Below, piece after piece: positions 22,114-31,328 of a stretch of 64,000 nucleotides of DNA (position 1 is its first letter; each line of letters opens with the position of its first letter). A program made the translations under genes and the position numbers. Where the stretch lies: the NCBI GenBank assembly GCA_963788195.1, contig CAWBGA010000013.1, positions 96,001 through 160,000 on the forward strand, read 5' to 3'. The stretch comes from Nitrospirota bacterium. Its GTDB lineage: Bacteria; Nitrospirota; Nitrospiria; Nitrospirales; NS-4. The notes beneath the pieces were generated by a model, which ran no database searches, had not been told where the DNA came from, and was given only the letters and a program-made list of their open reading frames with translations.

Positions 22114-22647
22114 TCACTGCTTGGTGCAATAAGTCCTCTCTGGGAGCGGAAAATACGTGTCCAGATAATCCGGAAAGTCCGAGATGCGATCTTCCCCGGT
22201 CTCCCATATATGGACGCAGCGCGCAACCAAATAGGGCTCATTTTGGGAAACCTCGCCCGGAACATTGATGACTCTCGATCCTTGCGATTGCGCCAGAACC
22301 ATGACCTCGTTGCCATAACGAAGCTCAGCAGGGGTTATCTGCCCCTGATAGAGAAAAGCAAACTTGCCGGTTGACGCCATAGCCTCGTCTAAACTGTCCA
22401 ACGGCTGATTGTTCTTGATCGGCAGGCTTTTCACGACAACGAGGGTGCCCTCGGCAGTGGGCAGGACATCGACGATACGTCCGGCAAGCTGCACCGCTTG
22501 TCCTTTGTAGGCGTCTGGCTGCGCCTCCAAGACCCCGAACTGAATATTGGGATTGACATCTTTCGTGAGACTCGACGGAAAGGGCGCACTTGAGCAGCCC
22601 GCAAGCGCTGTGACCACTACCGCGACTACACTTATCAGGGAACGCAT
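22114..22647 (-). CDS. Slp-family outer membrane lipoprotein
   Basis: SD AAGGAGG then MRSLISVVAVVVTALAGC (lipobox); PDAYKGQAVQLAGRIV, GKFAFLY, PYLVARCVHIW. Confidence 0.8.
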   Translation of the reverse strand: MRSLISVVAVVVTALAGCSSAPFPSSLTKDVNPNIQFGVLEAQPDAYKGQAVQLAGRIVDVLPTAEGTLVVVKSLPIKNNQPLDSLDEAMASTGKFAFLYQGQITPAELRYGNEVMVLAQSQGSRVINVPGEVSQNEPYLVARCVHIWETGEDRISDFPDYLDTYFPLPERTYCTKQ

Positions 22648-22705
22648 AACCCACCTCCTTGCCCGAAGGCTTAGATGCACGATGAGACCGCGTTTCGTAA
22701 AATGA

Positions 22706-22720
22706 GCAATGGATGTGCCA
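22706..22720 (-). promoter_or_regulatory. Sigma54 (-24/-12) promoter for the Slp lipoprotein
   Basis: Minus strand reads TGGCAC-ATCCA-TTGC, an exact consensus with correct spacing, about 60 bp upstream of ATG 22647. Confidence 0.75.
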
Positions 22721-22982
22721 GTTACGATTCGAAATGGAATCTTTGAAAGTATAAGGATATGCAAATGTTGGAGCTCGGTTGATGGCGGATGTGATGAGAT
22801 GGGTTGCCCAATTATTGGCATCTGTATTGGCACCTGACGAAATGTCGGCTGCATAACCCCACCTCCTTGCCCGAAGGTTGGCATCGTGTAACCGTTTGTT
22901 AACAACATTATAGCGTATAGCGCAGGACGCAAAATTTCACACAAATTTCACAATTCACTAGCAGGAGTTTAAGAGAAGGAGA

Positions 22983-23834
22983 CTATTCGAAAGGAGGGAG
23001 TGCCGTCACGACCCTGGTAAATGTGCAAGCCGGTATAAAGCCACGCCGGCAGGAGAGTTGGTAATCGCTCTGGGCTTTGTCTGACCTCCCAGCAAGAGAA
23101 TGGGCCAACGCCCGGTTGTAGTAGATGAGACCTGTGGTCTCGCCAAGCTTGATCGCGCGCGATAGATCGGTAACCGCCTCCGCGAAGCGGCTTTCTTGCA
23201 GGTAAATCAAACCCCGGCTCTCGAAAGCCTGAGGCAACCACGGATTCAGCGAAATGGCGTAATCGAGATCATCTCGGGCCGATAGCACGTCGCCTCTGAG
23301 GGCATGCACGACTGCCCGGTTTGCGTACAGGTCGGCCGTCTGGCCGTCGAGGGCGATCGCTGCCGTGAAGTCCGTGGCGGCTTCGTCCAATCGGCCCAAA
23401 CGCCGGTAAGCCAGCCCCCGGTGATTCAGCGCGGAACTTGAGCGACCCACCAGCCGGACTTCTTCCTCAAACGAGGCCAGTGCCGCTTCTGCGTCCCCCA
23501 TCTCCATCTGAGACAGGCCAAGGTTCGCACGGTACATGGCATTCTCCGGCGCTCGGGCTATGGCTTCCATGAAGTCTTGGATGGCCCTAGCGGGCTGTCC
23601 GGCCTGGGCCCACACGAAGCCGCGCGCATTCCATGCCTCTGCGCTCTCGGGTGAGATCCGGATGGCGTCGGTGAAGCTTTGGGTGGCGGACTCCAGTGCG
23701 CCTTGCTTGAATTCTTGCTCCCCTTTGGACAGCAGGGTGGCAAGCGGCGAATCATCCATCGGCGCCTGGATGGTTGCACAGGCACCGAGCATCAGACTGA
23801 AGCAGAGAGTGCCGACTAATCGAGCGAGCATCAT
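22983..23834 (-). CDS. TPR-repeat lipoprotein
   Basis: Lipobox LGAC; repeated TPR motifs (AWNARG, ALNHRG, YANRA, AFESRG, YYNRA). Confidence 0.85.
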   Translation of the reverse strand: MMLARLVGTLCFSLMLGACATIQAPMDDSPLATLLSKGEQEFKQGALESATQSFTDAIRISPESAEAWNARGFVWAQAGQPARAIQDFMEAIARAPENAMYRANLGLSQMEMGDAEAALASFEEEVRLVGRSSSALNHRGLAYRRLGRLDEAATDFTAAIALDGQTADLYANRAVVHALRGDVLSARDDLDYAISLNPWLPQAFESRGLIYLQESRFAEAVTDLSRAIKLGETTGLIYYNRALAHSLAGRSDKAQSDYQLSCRRGFIPACTFTRVVTALPPFE

Positions 23835-24122
23835 ATTGCTATTGAGGCTCTCAAAAGTTCGTTACAAGCCGAAAACCCGATTGTTACAACAGTGTCAACT
23901 TTGCTCAGCGGTTCGAGGCAGGTCCCCTGAAGCGATATCCGACGCCACGGGTAATTTGGATGACGCTCGCGCCGTGAACCACACGGAGCTCCCTGCGACG
24001 TTTTTAAATGTGCGCGTCAATAGTGCAGATGGTGAGAAGGTCCTCGCGTGGGAACACCTTTTCGCGCTATCTAAGACCGCCATCGCGGGGACGACAGTAC
24101 ACGACCGTATTTGAGTCCAGCC

Positions 24123-24719
24123 TCATTGCTCGGCTCTCGGCTGCAGTAGGCTAAAATACCCTTCTTCCGCGGTGGCTAGAGTGCCGACGGCGATCGATTG
24201 CGGAGTTCCCCCGTAGGTTTGCTGCAGATCGTCGCGGGCCTCGTGCAATTGATCCACAACTCTCCCCCGGACCTTGCTGCTCGGCCCCAGATTCGTAAAC
24301 TCGATTTCCCAGGTCCCAAGGTAGGTCAGCGTGCCGGGTTTCACCACGAAGCTGGCGACGAGAAGCCCTTCCCACTGGCCGGCCCGATCCTCGAACATCA
24401 GCTTTGTCACCTCATACAGGCCTGGCGGCAGCGCGAGCACGAATGGTCCGTCCTGAGTGAGCGGGCTGATCACATACCGCTTGCCCGAGGCCGTCTGCGT
24501 GAGTTCACAGCCGAACTCGTTGTTGAATCGGGGGAGCTCGGTAAACACATTCCGTTTATCCCGTAGCATCACAATCCGTCCGAAGATGAGGCCGTCCCCC
24601 GGTTTTGCGACCACAGCGTTCCCCGGCTGCAGGGGCCGGACAAGCTGCGCGCAACTCGCAAAACCGCTCGTCATCCCCGCTATGGCCAGAAGATAGTACA
24701 GACACAAGCCCTGTCGCAT
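24123..24719 (-). CDS. Hypothetical lipoprotein
   Basis: Signal with FASC lipobox-like motif; GPFVLALPPGLYEV and FVVKPGTLTYLGT beta-rich motifs. Confidence 0.65.
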   Translation of the reverse strand: MRQGLCLYYLLAIAGMTSGFASCAQLVRPLQPGNAVVAKPGDGLIFGRIVMLRDKRNVFTELPRFNNEFGCELTQTASGKRYVISPLTQDGPFVLALPPGLYEVTKLMFEDRAGQWEGLLVASFVVKPGTLTYLGTWEIEFTNLGPSSKVRGRVVDQLHEARDDLQQTYGGTPQSIAVGTLATAEEGYFSLLQPRAEQ

Positions 24720-24844
24720 TAGCCAGCTCCTACGCAGAGGGCCCTTCTACCACTATTCTCCCTTGGCGGTAAACGTTTGTGAGGAAAAAAAGGCATTTGG
24801 GCCCGGAGTGATGTAATTACGTATCTTTAATTCATGTTACTGAT

Positions 24845-24873
24845 ATTTATAGTATAGTATTGACTATATAAAT
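24845..24873. promoter_or_regulatory. AT-rich inverted repeat, candidate operator of the porin-mod operon
   Basis: ATTTATA-N15-TATAAAT enclosing TATAGT-ATTG-ACTATA (24853-24868), about 60 bp upstream of the porin start. Confidence 0.45.
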
Positions 24874-24932
24874 GCATTTTTATTATCATTTAAAACGTTT
24901 TAGAAGAAGGACCATTTACGAGGAGGGTGAGC

Positions 24933-26426
24933 ATGAAACGCGTTCTGGTGGTGTTGGCGGTCGGGTTCCTGCTGATCGCATTCGGCGTGGGCTCTGCCTG
25001 GGCCGACGACAAGCGGATTCTCGACGTGATGCTCAAAAAGGGGATCATCACCAAGCAAGAGTATGATCAGATCCTGCAAGAGGCCAAGGAGCCGTTTAAG
25101 GGTCCTGTAGTTGAAGAAACATATATGGATGGAACGCCGAGCGTTGCTGCGGAGGAGGCGACGCCTGGCGGGAAACGGCCGCCGGTCGGCTCATACGCAG
25201 ATCTGGAGACAAAGCGCGGCGGGATCGAAAACCTGCGCAAGAACGACTACCGGAACGTCTGGACCAATGTAGATACGCTGTTGAAGCACAGTGAACGACT
25301 CAGCATTGGGCTCGTGGCGTTGAAGGTGCAATATAACGTTGACAATACCAACCGGAACCCCGGCACCACTCCGGATCCGACCGGTTTCGCCGGGGCCCCT
25401 GTGCCCACCCGCGACGAAAATGGGTTCCGAATACGTGCAGCGGAAATCTATGTTACCGGGCGACTGACCCCCTGGTCCACCTACTATTTCGAGGTAGATT
25501 TCGCGCGGCAGGGCGAGATCGCGCTCAATTCCATGTACCTGGATTTTTACTCGAAAGATATGCCTGCTCTTAAAGGCCTCTATCCGTACATCAGTCAGTT
25601 GCGAGTCGGCCAATTCCGAGAACCGTTCGGAATCGAGCAGGGAACGTCGCAGGGATTACTCGACTTCGTCAATCGTGCCTACTACACGGATCTGGTGGTC
25701 GGCCAGAACGGTTCGTCGGTCGATGTTCGTGCCGGGGATCCAGGACTCAATCCCTTCGGAAAAACCAACAGCTCCGGGTTCGTCCAGCAGTTGGATATGG
25801 GCGTCCAGGTAACCAGCAAGCTACCCCAACTGCCCTGGGCGCCTGAGCTGACGGCGGCCGTGGTCAACGGCGCCGGCCGGAACTTCAATGACAATAATGC
25901 GGACAAGGATGTGACAGGGCGGTTGAGCTTCACGCCGACAGCAGGCATGAAAGTCTATCTCGCAGCATATTTGGGCACAGCGTTTTACAACGGGGCAGCC
26001 ACCGCGACGCTCCAGACCAACACCGATGTAAAAAAGTTCAGGGACGGTGTGATGTATACCTACATTCCGCCGTTCTTCAACAATCTCGTCAAGCTTCAGG
26101 GCGAGTATATCGAAGGGTACGACAATGGCTTCCGCCGCCGGACCTGGTACCAGTACGTGGTGTTTCGTCCGCTGCCGTTCCTGCCGAATTTTGAGCCGGC
26201 GTATCGGTACGAGCAGTTTACGGTGGACACCAACCGTCCCAACAGCACGCTGGATCGCCATACGGTCGGCTTCAACTACTATTTCGATACGAACGTGAAG
26301 TTCACACTGAATTATGAGATCAAGCATGATGAGAATGAGGGAAACCCCTTCGTCACGACAGGAGGCGGCGTTGCCAACCCTAACAATAAGAATTTCTTAA
26401 CCACACAGATTCAATTCAGGTACTGA
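24933..26426 (+). CDS. Outer membrane porin, OprO/OprP-like anion-selective type
   Basis: Signal peptide (SAWA), LDVMLKKGIITKQEY N-extension, FRIRAAEI, RVGQFREPFGIE, GFNYYF, C-terminal QIQFRY beta-signal. Confidence 0.75.
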   Translation: MKRVLVVLAVGFLLIAFGVGSAWADDKRILDVMLKKGIITKQEYDQILQEAKEPFKGPVVEETYMDGTPSVAAEEATPGGKRPPVGSYADLETKRGGIENLRKNDYRNVWTNVDTLLKHSERLSIGLVALKVQYNVDNTNRNPGTTPDPTGFAGAPVPTRDENGFRIRAAEIYVTGRLTPWSTYYFEVDFARQGEIALNSMYLDFYSKDMPALKGLYPYISQLRVGQFREPFGIEQGTSQGLLDFVNRAYYTDLVVGQNGSSVDVRAGDPGLNPFGKTNSSGFVQQLDMGVQVTSKLPQLPWAPELTAAVVNGAGRNFNDNNADKDVTGRLSFTPTAGMKVYLAAYLGTAFYNGAATATLQTNTDVKKFRDGVMYTYIPPFFNNLVKLQGEYIEGYDNGFRRRTWYQYVVFRPLPFLPNFEPAYRYEQFTVDTNRPNSTLDRHTVGFNYYFDTNVKFTLNYEIKHDENEGNPFVTTGGGVANPNNKNFLTTQIQFRY

Positions 26427-26526
26427 ATGTTCCATGGCCGGCTGAAGCGGAAGTCTCATTCGGGGGCAACCCTCCTGTCGAGTAAGGCATCCGTCTTCGG
26501 CCGGTTTGGGCTGAAGAAAGGCAATA

Positions 26527-27276
26527 ATGAAAAGCTATATAAGGGCGCTTTTTCTCTTGCTGTTTGTTTCTGGGACAACAGCCTATGCCGAACAGGTTCA
26601 GGTGGCTGTGGCGGCCAATTTTGTTCCTCCGTTTCGAGAGATCGCCACTGAGTTTGAAAAGGCCACGGGTCATAGCATTCAAGCGAGCTCCGGCTCGTCC
26701 GGAAGGTTCTATGCCCAGATCAAGAACGGGGCGCCATTCGATGTCTTCTTTTCGGCCGATGACGAGCGCCCGAAGCTGCTCGAGGATGAAGGGTTGGCGG
26801 TCAAGGGCAGCCGCTTCACATATGCCATCGGTCGACTGGTTCTCTGGAGCCCTGATTCAAGACTCGTGACAGGGGAGGAGACGTTAAAGACCGCTCAGTT
26901 TAAGCATCTTGCGATCGCGAATCCCAAAACTGCTCCCTACGGACAGGCCGCCAAGCAAACCATGATGAAAATGGGAGTGTGGGACAGCGTGCAACCTCGG
27001 ATCGTCATGGGTGAGAATCTGGGGCAAACGATCGGGTTTATCGATTCAGGAAATGCTGAGATCGGTTTCCTCGCCTTGTCCCAAATCCTTGATCCCAAAA
27101 TCAAGGGGAAGGGAAGCAGCTGGACTGTTCCGAACGAATATCACGAACCAATTCGCCAGGACGCAGTGTTGTTGACAAGGGCGCAAAACAATCCAGGCGC
27201 AAAAGCCTTGATGGAGTTTATGCATGGACCAGCGGCGACAGCGATCATCAAGAACTACGGGTATGATCTGAAATAG
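26527..27276 (+). CDS. modA: Molybdate ABC transporter substrate-binding protein
   Basis: VAVAANF, GSSGRFYAQIKNGAPFDVFFSAD, AIANPKTAPYGQAA. Confidence 0.95.
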   Translation: MKSYIRALFLLLFVSGTTAYAEQVQVAVAANFVPPFREIATEFEKATGHSIQASSGSSGRFYAQIKNGAPFDVFFSADDERPKLLEDEGLAVKGSRFTYAIGRLVLWSPDSRLVTGEETLKTAQFKHLAIANPKTAPYGQAAKQTMMKMGVWDSVQPRIVMGENLGQTIGFIDSGNAEIGFLALSQILDPKIKGKGSSWTVPNEYHEPIRQDAVLLTRAQNNPGAKALMEFMHGPAATAIIKNYGYDLK

Positions 27277-27398
27277 CGCGTAGCCACGCAAGTTGAAGGC
27301 GCCGTTCGTGAAGAACGCTCCCTCCGTGGTGTTAAAAGCTCGGTAGTTCTTGCCTGGTCTTGATGAATTCTGGTAGGTTCCTGGCGAAAAGGAAGAAC

Positions 27399-28070
27399 AT
27401 GGCTCTCAACGAGATGGATCTCAGTGCGCTGTGGGTCACGCTGCAACTGGCGGGCGCGACCGTGGTGGTCCTGCTGATTATCGGGACACCCATCGCCTGG
27501 TGGCTTGCCCATACCCGGTCGCGATTTCGGACCATCGTTGAAGCCGTTGTGGCGCTCCCCATCGTCCTGCCCCCCACGGTGTTAGGCTTCTATATTCTTA
27601 TCGCGCTCGGCCCGTATGGACCGATCGGCCGCCTTACCGGTCTGACTTTGGCTTTCACCTTCACCGGCCTCGTCATAGCTTCCGCCTTTTACTCGATGCC
27701 CTTTGTGATTCAGCCGCTGCATGGCGCCTTCGAAGCCGCGGGCAAAGGCCCGCTCGAGGCCGCGTGGTCGCTTCGGGCATCAAAATTAGACGCCTTTTTT
27801 ACCGTGATTTCACCGATCGCATTGCGCGGATACATCAGCGCGATCGTGCTTGGCTTTGCTCATACGATGGGGGAGTTCGGAGTGGTCCTCATGGTCGGGG
27901 GATCGATTCCAGGAAAGACCCGGGTTCTCTCCACGACGGTCTTCGATCACGTGGAAGTCATGGAGTATGCGCAGGCGCATACGATCTCGGCCTTCATGCT
28001 TATTTTCTCGTTTTTAATGTTGCTCGGCGTGTATGCCGCCAATCGAAGGTTTCCCATCCACGTTTCATGA
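27399..28070 (+). CDS. modB: Molybdate ABC transporter permease
   Basis: ALPIVLPPTVLGFYIL, FAHTMGEFGVVLMVGGSIPGKT. Confidence 0.95.
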   Translation: MALNEMDLSALWVTLQLAGATVVVLLIIGTPIAWWLAHTRSRFRTIVEAVVALPIVLPPTVLGFYILIALGPYGPIGRLTGLTLAFTFTGLVIASAFYSMPFVIQPLHGAFEAAGKGPLEAAWSLRASKLDAFFTVISPIALRGYISAIVLGFAHTMGEFGVVLMVGGSIPGKTRVLSTTVFDHVEVMEYAQAHTISAFMLIFSFLMLLGVYAANRRFPIHVS

Positions 28071-29164
28071 GCAGGCTCGTTGCGAAGTTCGATGTCGAGT
28101 ATCCCAAGTTTCATCTGCAAACCGATATGGATGTCCCGGCGACCGGAGTCACCGCCATATTCGGTCAGTCAGGCTCCGGGAAAACGACATTGCTGAGATG
28201 TCTCGCCGGGCTGGAACGCTCGCGCACCGGGTATATGCGGCTCGGCGATGAAGTCTGGCAGGATGAAACTGCAGGCATCTACCTGCCGATCCACATTCGT
28301 CCCATCGGCTATGTCTTTCAGGAGCCGCGATTGTTTCCGCATCTGTCGGTGAGATCGAATCTGCTGTATGGCTATCACAGAACGCCGGCCGCCGCGCGCC
28401 ATATTACGCCTGAGCAGGTGATTGACATCCTCGGGATCGGTGAGATCCTCGATCGCCGGCCTCACAAACTGTCCGGAGGCGAGCAGCAGCGCGTGGCGAT
28501 CGGCCGGGCGTTGCTGACGAGCCCCCGGCTCTTGCTGTTGGACGAACCCCTCGCCTCCTTGGATATCAAGCGTAAACAGAGAGATTCTTCCGTTCATCCA
28601 ACGACTGCATAATGAGCTGCAACGTGCCAGTTATCTATGTCAGTCATGCCATCACCGAGATTTTGCAACTTGCGGATGTCGTCGCGTTTCTAAAAGAGGG
28701 AAAACTTGTGGCCACAGGACCGCTGAGCGAAGTGTTTTCCTCGCTCGATCCCGGTGGTGGATATCTGGGGAGGGCGCGTATCGGCGCGGTGCTGGATGCG
28801 CATGTTGCGGGACATGAGCCGGACGTCGGTCTGACGCGTCTGGAGTTCAAGGGCCAGGCCCTGTATGTGCCAGTGCAACGCCATAGTCGGGGCGACTCCG
28901 TGCGTGTTCACATTCTGGCAAGCGATGTGAGTATCACGCTGGGCCCGCCTACCTCTCCGACCAGTGTGTTGAACATTCTTGCGGCGACGATCATGGAGAT
29001 CCGGGAAGTCGACGACTTCTTGGTGGACATCAGGTTGGATATCGGCGCGCCGCTTATCGCGAGCATCACGCGAAAGTCCGTCACCAACCTCCACCTGAAG
29101 CCCGGGCATGGCAGTCCATGCCCATATCAAGTCCGTGGCGCTGAATGAAGAGCTGACGGAATAG
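28067..29164 (+). CDS. modC: Molybdate ABC transporter ATPase with TOBE (frameshifts about 28580-28620 and 29110)
   Basis: GQSGSGKTT, VFQEPRLFPHL, LSGGEQQRVAIGRALL, LLDEP, YVSH, SVLNIL, ITRKS. Confidence 0.92.
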
Positions 29165-29199
29165 ATGAAAGCGTTTCTCTATGGCGCGCCGATCGTGGG

Positions 29200-29757
29200 A
29201 TGGATCTAGCGGACTCTTACCGCGTGGCTGTTTACTCTGCTGTTCCTCTGACGGTATCCGCGCAAACGGACCATACCCATTCTCCTGCCACCGCCGAAGA
29301 CTGCACGAAGCTGTCCCCCGCATTGCAGGCGGTTATAGCCGCGATGGATACGGCGGGATCGAAGGTCGAAGCTTTGCCAAAGCCGGAGATCATGCCGGCT
29401 GTTGAACCCGGCAGGCAAAAACTGGAGGTGGCTCTTCAACCGTTGTCTGCGGTCGGGCTGATCGCCGGAAAGATGAAGCCGGGCGAGAGCCTGGAAAACG
29501 TGTTTGGAGGCTTTGTTCGGCTGACAGTTCCGAAAGATGGCATGTACCGGATTTCTGCAGACTCAACCCTCTGGATCGAAGTGATAGACGGGGAAAAACC
29601 GATTGAACGGGTCAGGATCACTCCGCGTTTGCACTGCGGCAGGATTCACAAGAGCCTGGGGTTCCCATTAAAACGAGAGCGATCCTATTGGCTGGAGCTG
29701 TCGGGCAGCAAACGGCCGGACGTGGCGGTGATCATTACGGAAGAGCCAGAGCGTTAA
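29200..29757 (+). CDS. Hypothetical periplasmic protein in the mod operon (signal peptide probably broken by an indel near 29245)
   Basis: An adjacent frame gives TLTAWLFTLLF, which joins to PLTVSA-QTDHTH; globular beta-rich body GGFVRLTVPKDGMYRISAD...WIEV...CGRIHK. Confidence 0.6.
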   Translation: MDLADSYRVAVYSAVPLTVSAQTDHTHSPATAEDCTKLSPALQAVIAAMDTAGSKVEALPKPEIMPAVEPGRQKLEVALQPLSAVGLIAGKMKPGESLENVFGGFVRLTVPKDGMYRISADSTLWIEVIDGEKPIERVRITPRLHCGRIHKSLGFPLKRERSYWLELSGSKRPDVAVIITEEPER

Positions 29758-29790
29758 AGAGGAGCAACATGGTACGACGCAGCCCAACAG

Positions 29791-30180
29791 ATGCCTCAGG
29801 GCCCGGATGCGGTGTTAACCGCTCGCGAGGCCGCGAAATATCTCCGCCTCGCTCTTCCCACCTTTTACCGGTACATGTGGGAGGGGAAAATTCCCAGCTC
29901 CAAGATCGGGGGACGGTATCGCTTCAAGAAGGCGGTGCTGGATCGCTGGCTGGGAAAAAAGCCGGAAGGCGAGGAGGTCAGCGGCAGGAACAAGCTGGTC
30001 GGCATTGTCTCGGCGATCAAGCGCGATCTCATCATGGCCCAGGTCAATCTTGACGTGGGCGAGAACAAGATCACTGCAATCATCACGCGGGACGCACTTG
30101 ATGAGCTTGGTCTGAAGGTCGGGGACCGCGCGGTGGCGTTAATGAAGGCAACCGAGGTGATGGTGATCAAGGAGAGTTAA
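29791..30180 (+). CDS. Excisionase-type HTH plus TOBE molybdate-responsive regulator
   Basis: VLTAREAAKYLRL...GKIPSSKIGGRYRF (HTH_17) fused to SGRNKLVG...ITRDALDELGLKVGD...KATEVMV (Mop/TOBE). The true start may be ATG 29769 (with SD) plus an indel. Confidence 0.85.
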   Translation: MPQGPDAVLTAREAAKYLRLALPTFYRYMWEGKIPSSKIGGRYRFKKAVLDRWLGKKPEGEEVSGRNKLVGIVSAIKRDLIMAQVNLDVGENKITAIITRDALDELGLKVGDRAVALMKATEVMVIKES

Positions 30181-30473
30181 CAAGAAGGTTGTCACGTGCG
30201 AGGTCTGTACAGTGCAAAAGACGGTGAGAGCGTAGTGCCTTTTTCTCATTGCGCTTGTTTTTGTAGCGTAGAATTATTTTTCTCTTCCTACAATCGTCCA
30301 TTGCCGGTCACTTTACCGCCGGAAAGTACCCCTGGCCTCAGTGTAAAGACTGTCAAGCGGGTGTAACCTTCTCAACTTGCTCTCTCAGTTTCGGCGCAGC
30401 GCCCCTTGCACACCGGACGCCCGTAAGTGCACGCTCTATGATGAAGAACACGATAAACCCCAAGGAGGTCAGA

Positions 30474-30890
30474 ATGGCGATCAGTGCAAGAAATAAGCTG
30501 CAGGGACGGGTATCTGCGATTAAGGCAGGTGAGGCGATGTGCCTCGTAACCCTTGATGCGCAGGGAACAAAGATCGTAGCGGCTGTCACCAATCAAGGCG
30601 TGGAGGAATTGAGCTTGAAGCAAGGCGACCAGGTCACGGCCGTGATCAAATCCACCGAGGTCATGCTGATGAAGGGCGGAGACAAGGCCACGTTTAGCGC
30701 CCGGAACCGTTTTGCGGGTCAGGTCGAATCGGTTCAAAAAGGCGAAGCCATGGGTCTGGTGACGGTCAAGATGGGACAATTCAGTCTCGGCGCGGCCATC
30801 ACGCGTGAAGCCATCGACGAGATGGGTTTGAAACAAGGCGATCAGGTGACAGCGGTGGTGAAGGCGACCGAAGTCATGTTGATGAAGTAA
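30474..30890 (+). CDS. Di-TOBE molbindin (ModG/Mop-like molybdate storage protein)
   Basis: Two SARN...KQGDQVTAV(I/V)K(S/A)TEVMLMK repeats; SD AAGGAGG. Confidence 0.88.
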   Translation: MAISARNKLQGRVSAIKAGEAMCLVTLDAQGTKIVAAVTNQGVEELSLKQGDQVTAVIKSTEVMLMKGGDKATFSARNRFAGQVESVQKGEAMGLVTVKMGQFSLGAAITREAIDEMGLKQGDQVTAVVKATEVMLMK

Positions 30891-30921
30891 ACATAATTCA
30901 GTGTCTAAGAGAGTTGGGCAG

Positions 30922-30950
30922 TTGACAATTTCGGACGTGTCCATTATTCT
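30922..30950 (+). promoter_or_regulatory. Sigma70 promoter of the ars operon (probably leaderless)
   Basis: TTGACA(30922)-17 bp-TATTCT(30945-30950), 6 nt before ATG 30957; GGAC-GT-GTCC palindrome in the spacer. Confidence 0.65.
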
Positions 30951-30956
30951 AGACAT

Positions 30957-31328
30957 ATGGACATTAAACAAGCGCTTGCCGCCTTCGACGCTCTTTCGCA
31001 GGAAACCCGCCTACGAGTGTTCCGTTTGCTGGTGGAATATGGCCGGTCTGGCGTGCCTGCCGGTACTCTGAGCGAGTCCTTAAAGATTCCCCATAACACG
31101 CTGTCGTTTCACCTCTCGCATATGAGCAATGCTGGTCTCGTCGTGTCACGACGGGAAGGCCGATCGGTCATATACACTGCCAATTTTGACTTTTTTTCTG
31201 GTCTGATCCGCTACATGGTTGAGGATTGCTGCAGGGCCGAATTCGCCAGCATCCGTAATGATAAAAAGAGAGGATGCTCGATTATTGAGCTTTCAACCTG
31301 TTGCCAGCCAAAGGAGAAAACAGCATGA
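30957..31328 (+). CDS. arsR: ArsR/SmtB transcriptional repressor
   Basis: ALSQETRLRVFRLLV, NTLSFHLSHM, SRREGRSVIY, EDCC. Confidence 0.92.
   Translation: MDIKQALAAFDALSQETRLRVFRLLVEYGRSGVPAGTLSESLKIPHNTLSFHLSHMSNAGLVVSRREGRSVIYTANFDFFSGLIRYMVEDCCRAEFASIRNDKKRGCSIIELSTCCQPKEKTA

Noticed and set aside
30181..30473. Moco/Wco riboswitch upstream of the molbindin or mod genes
   Set aside because: I could not find the conserved motif elements by eye. An Infernal search would be needed to exclude it firmly.
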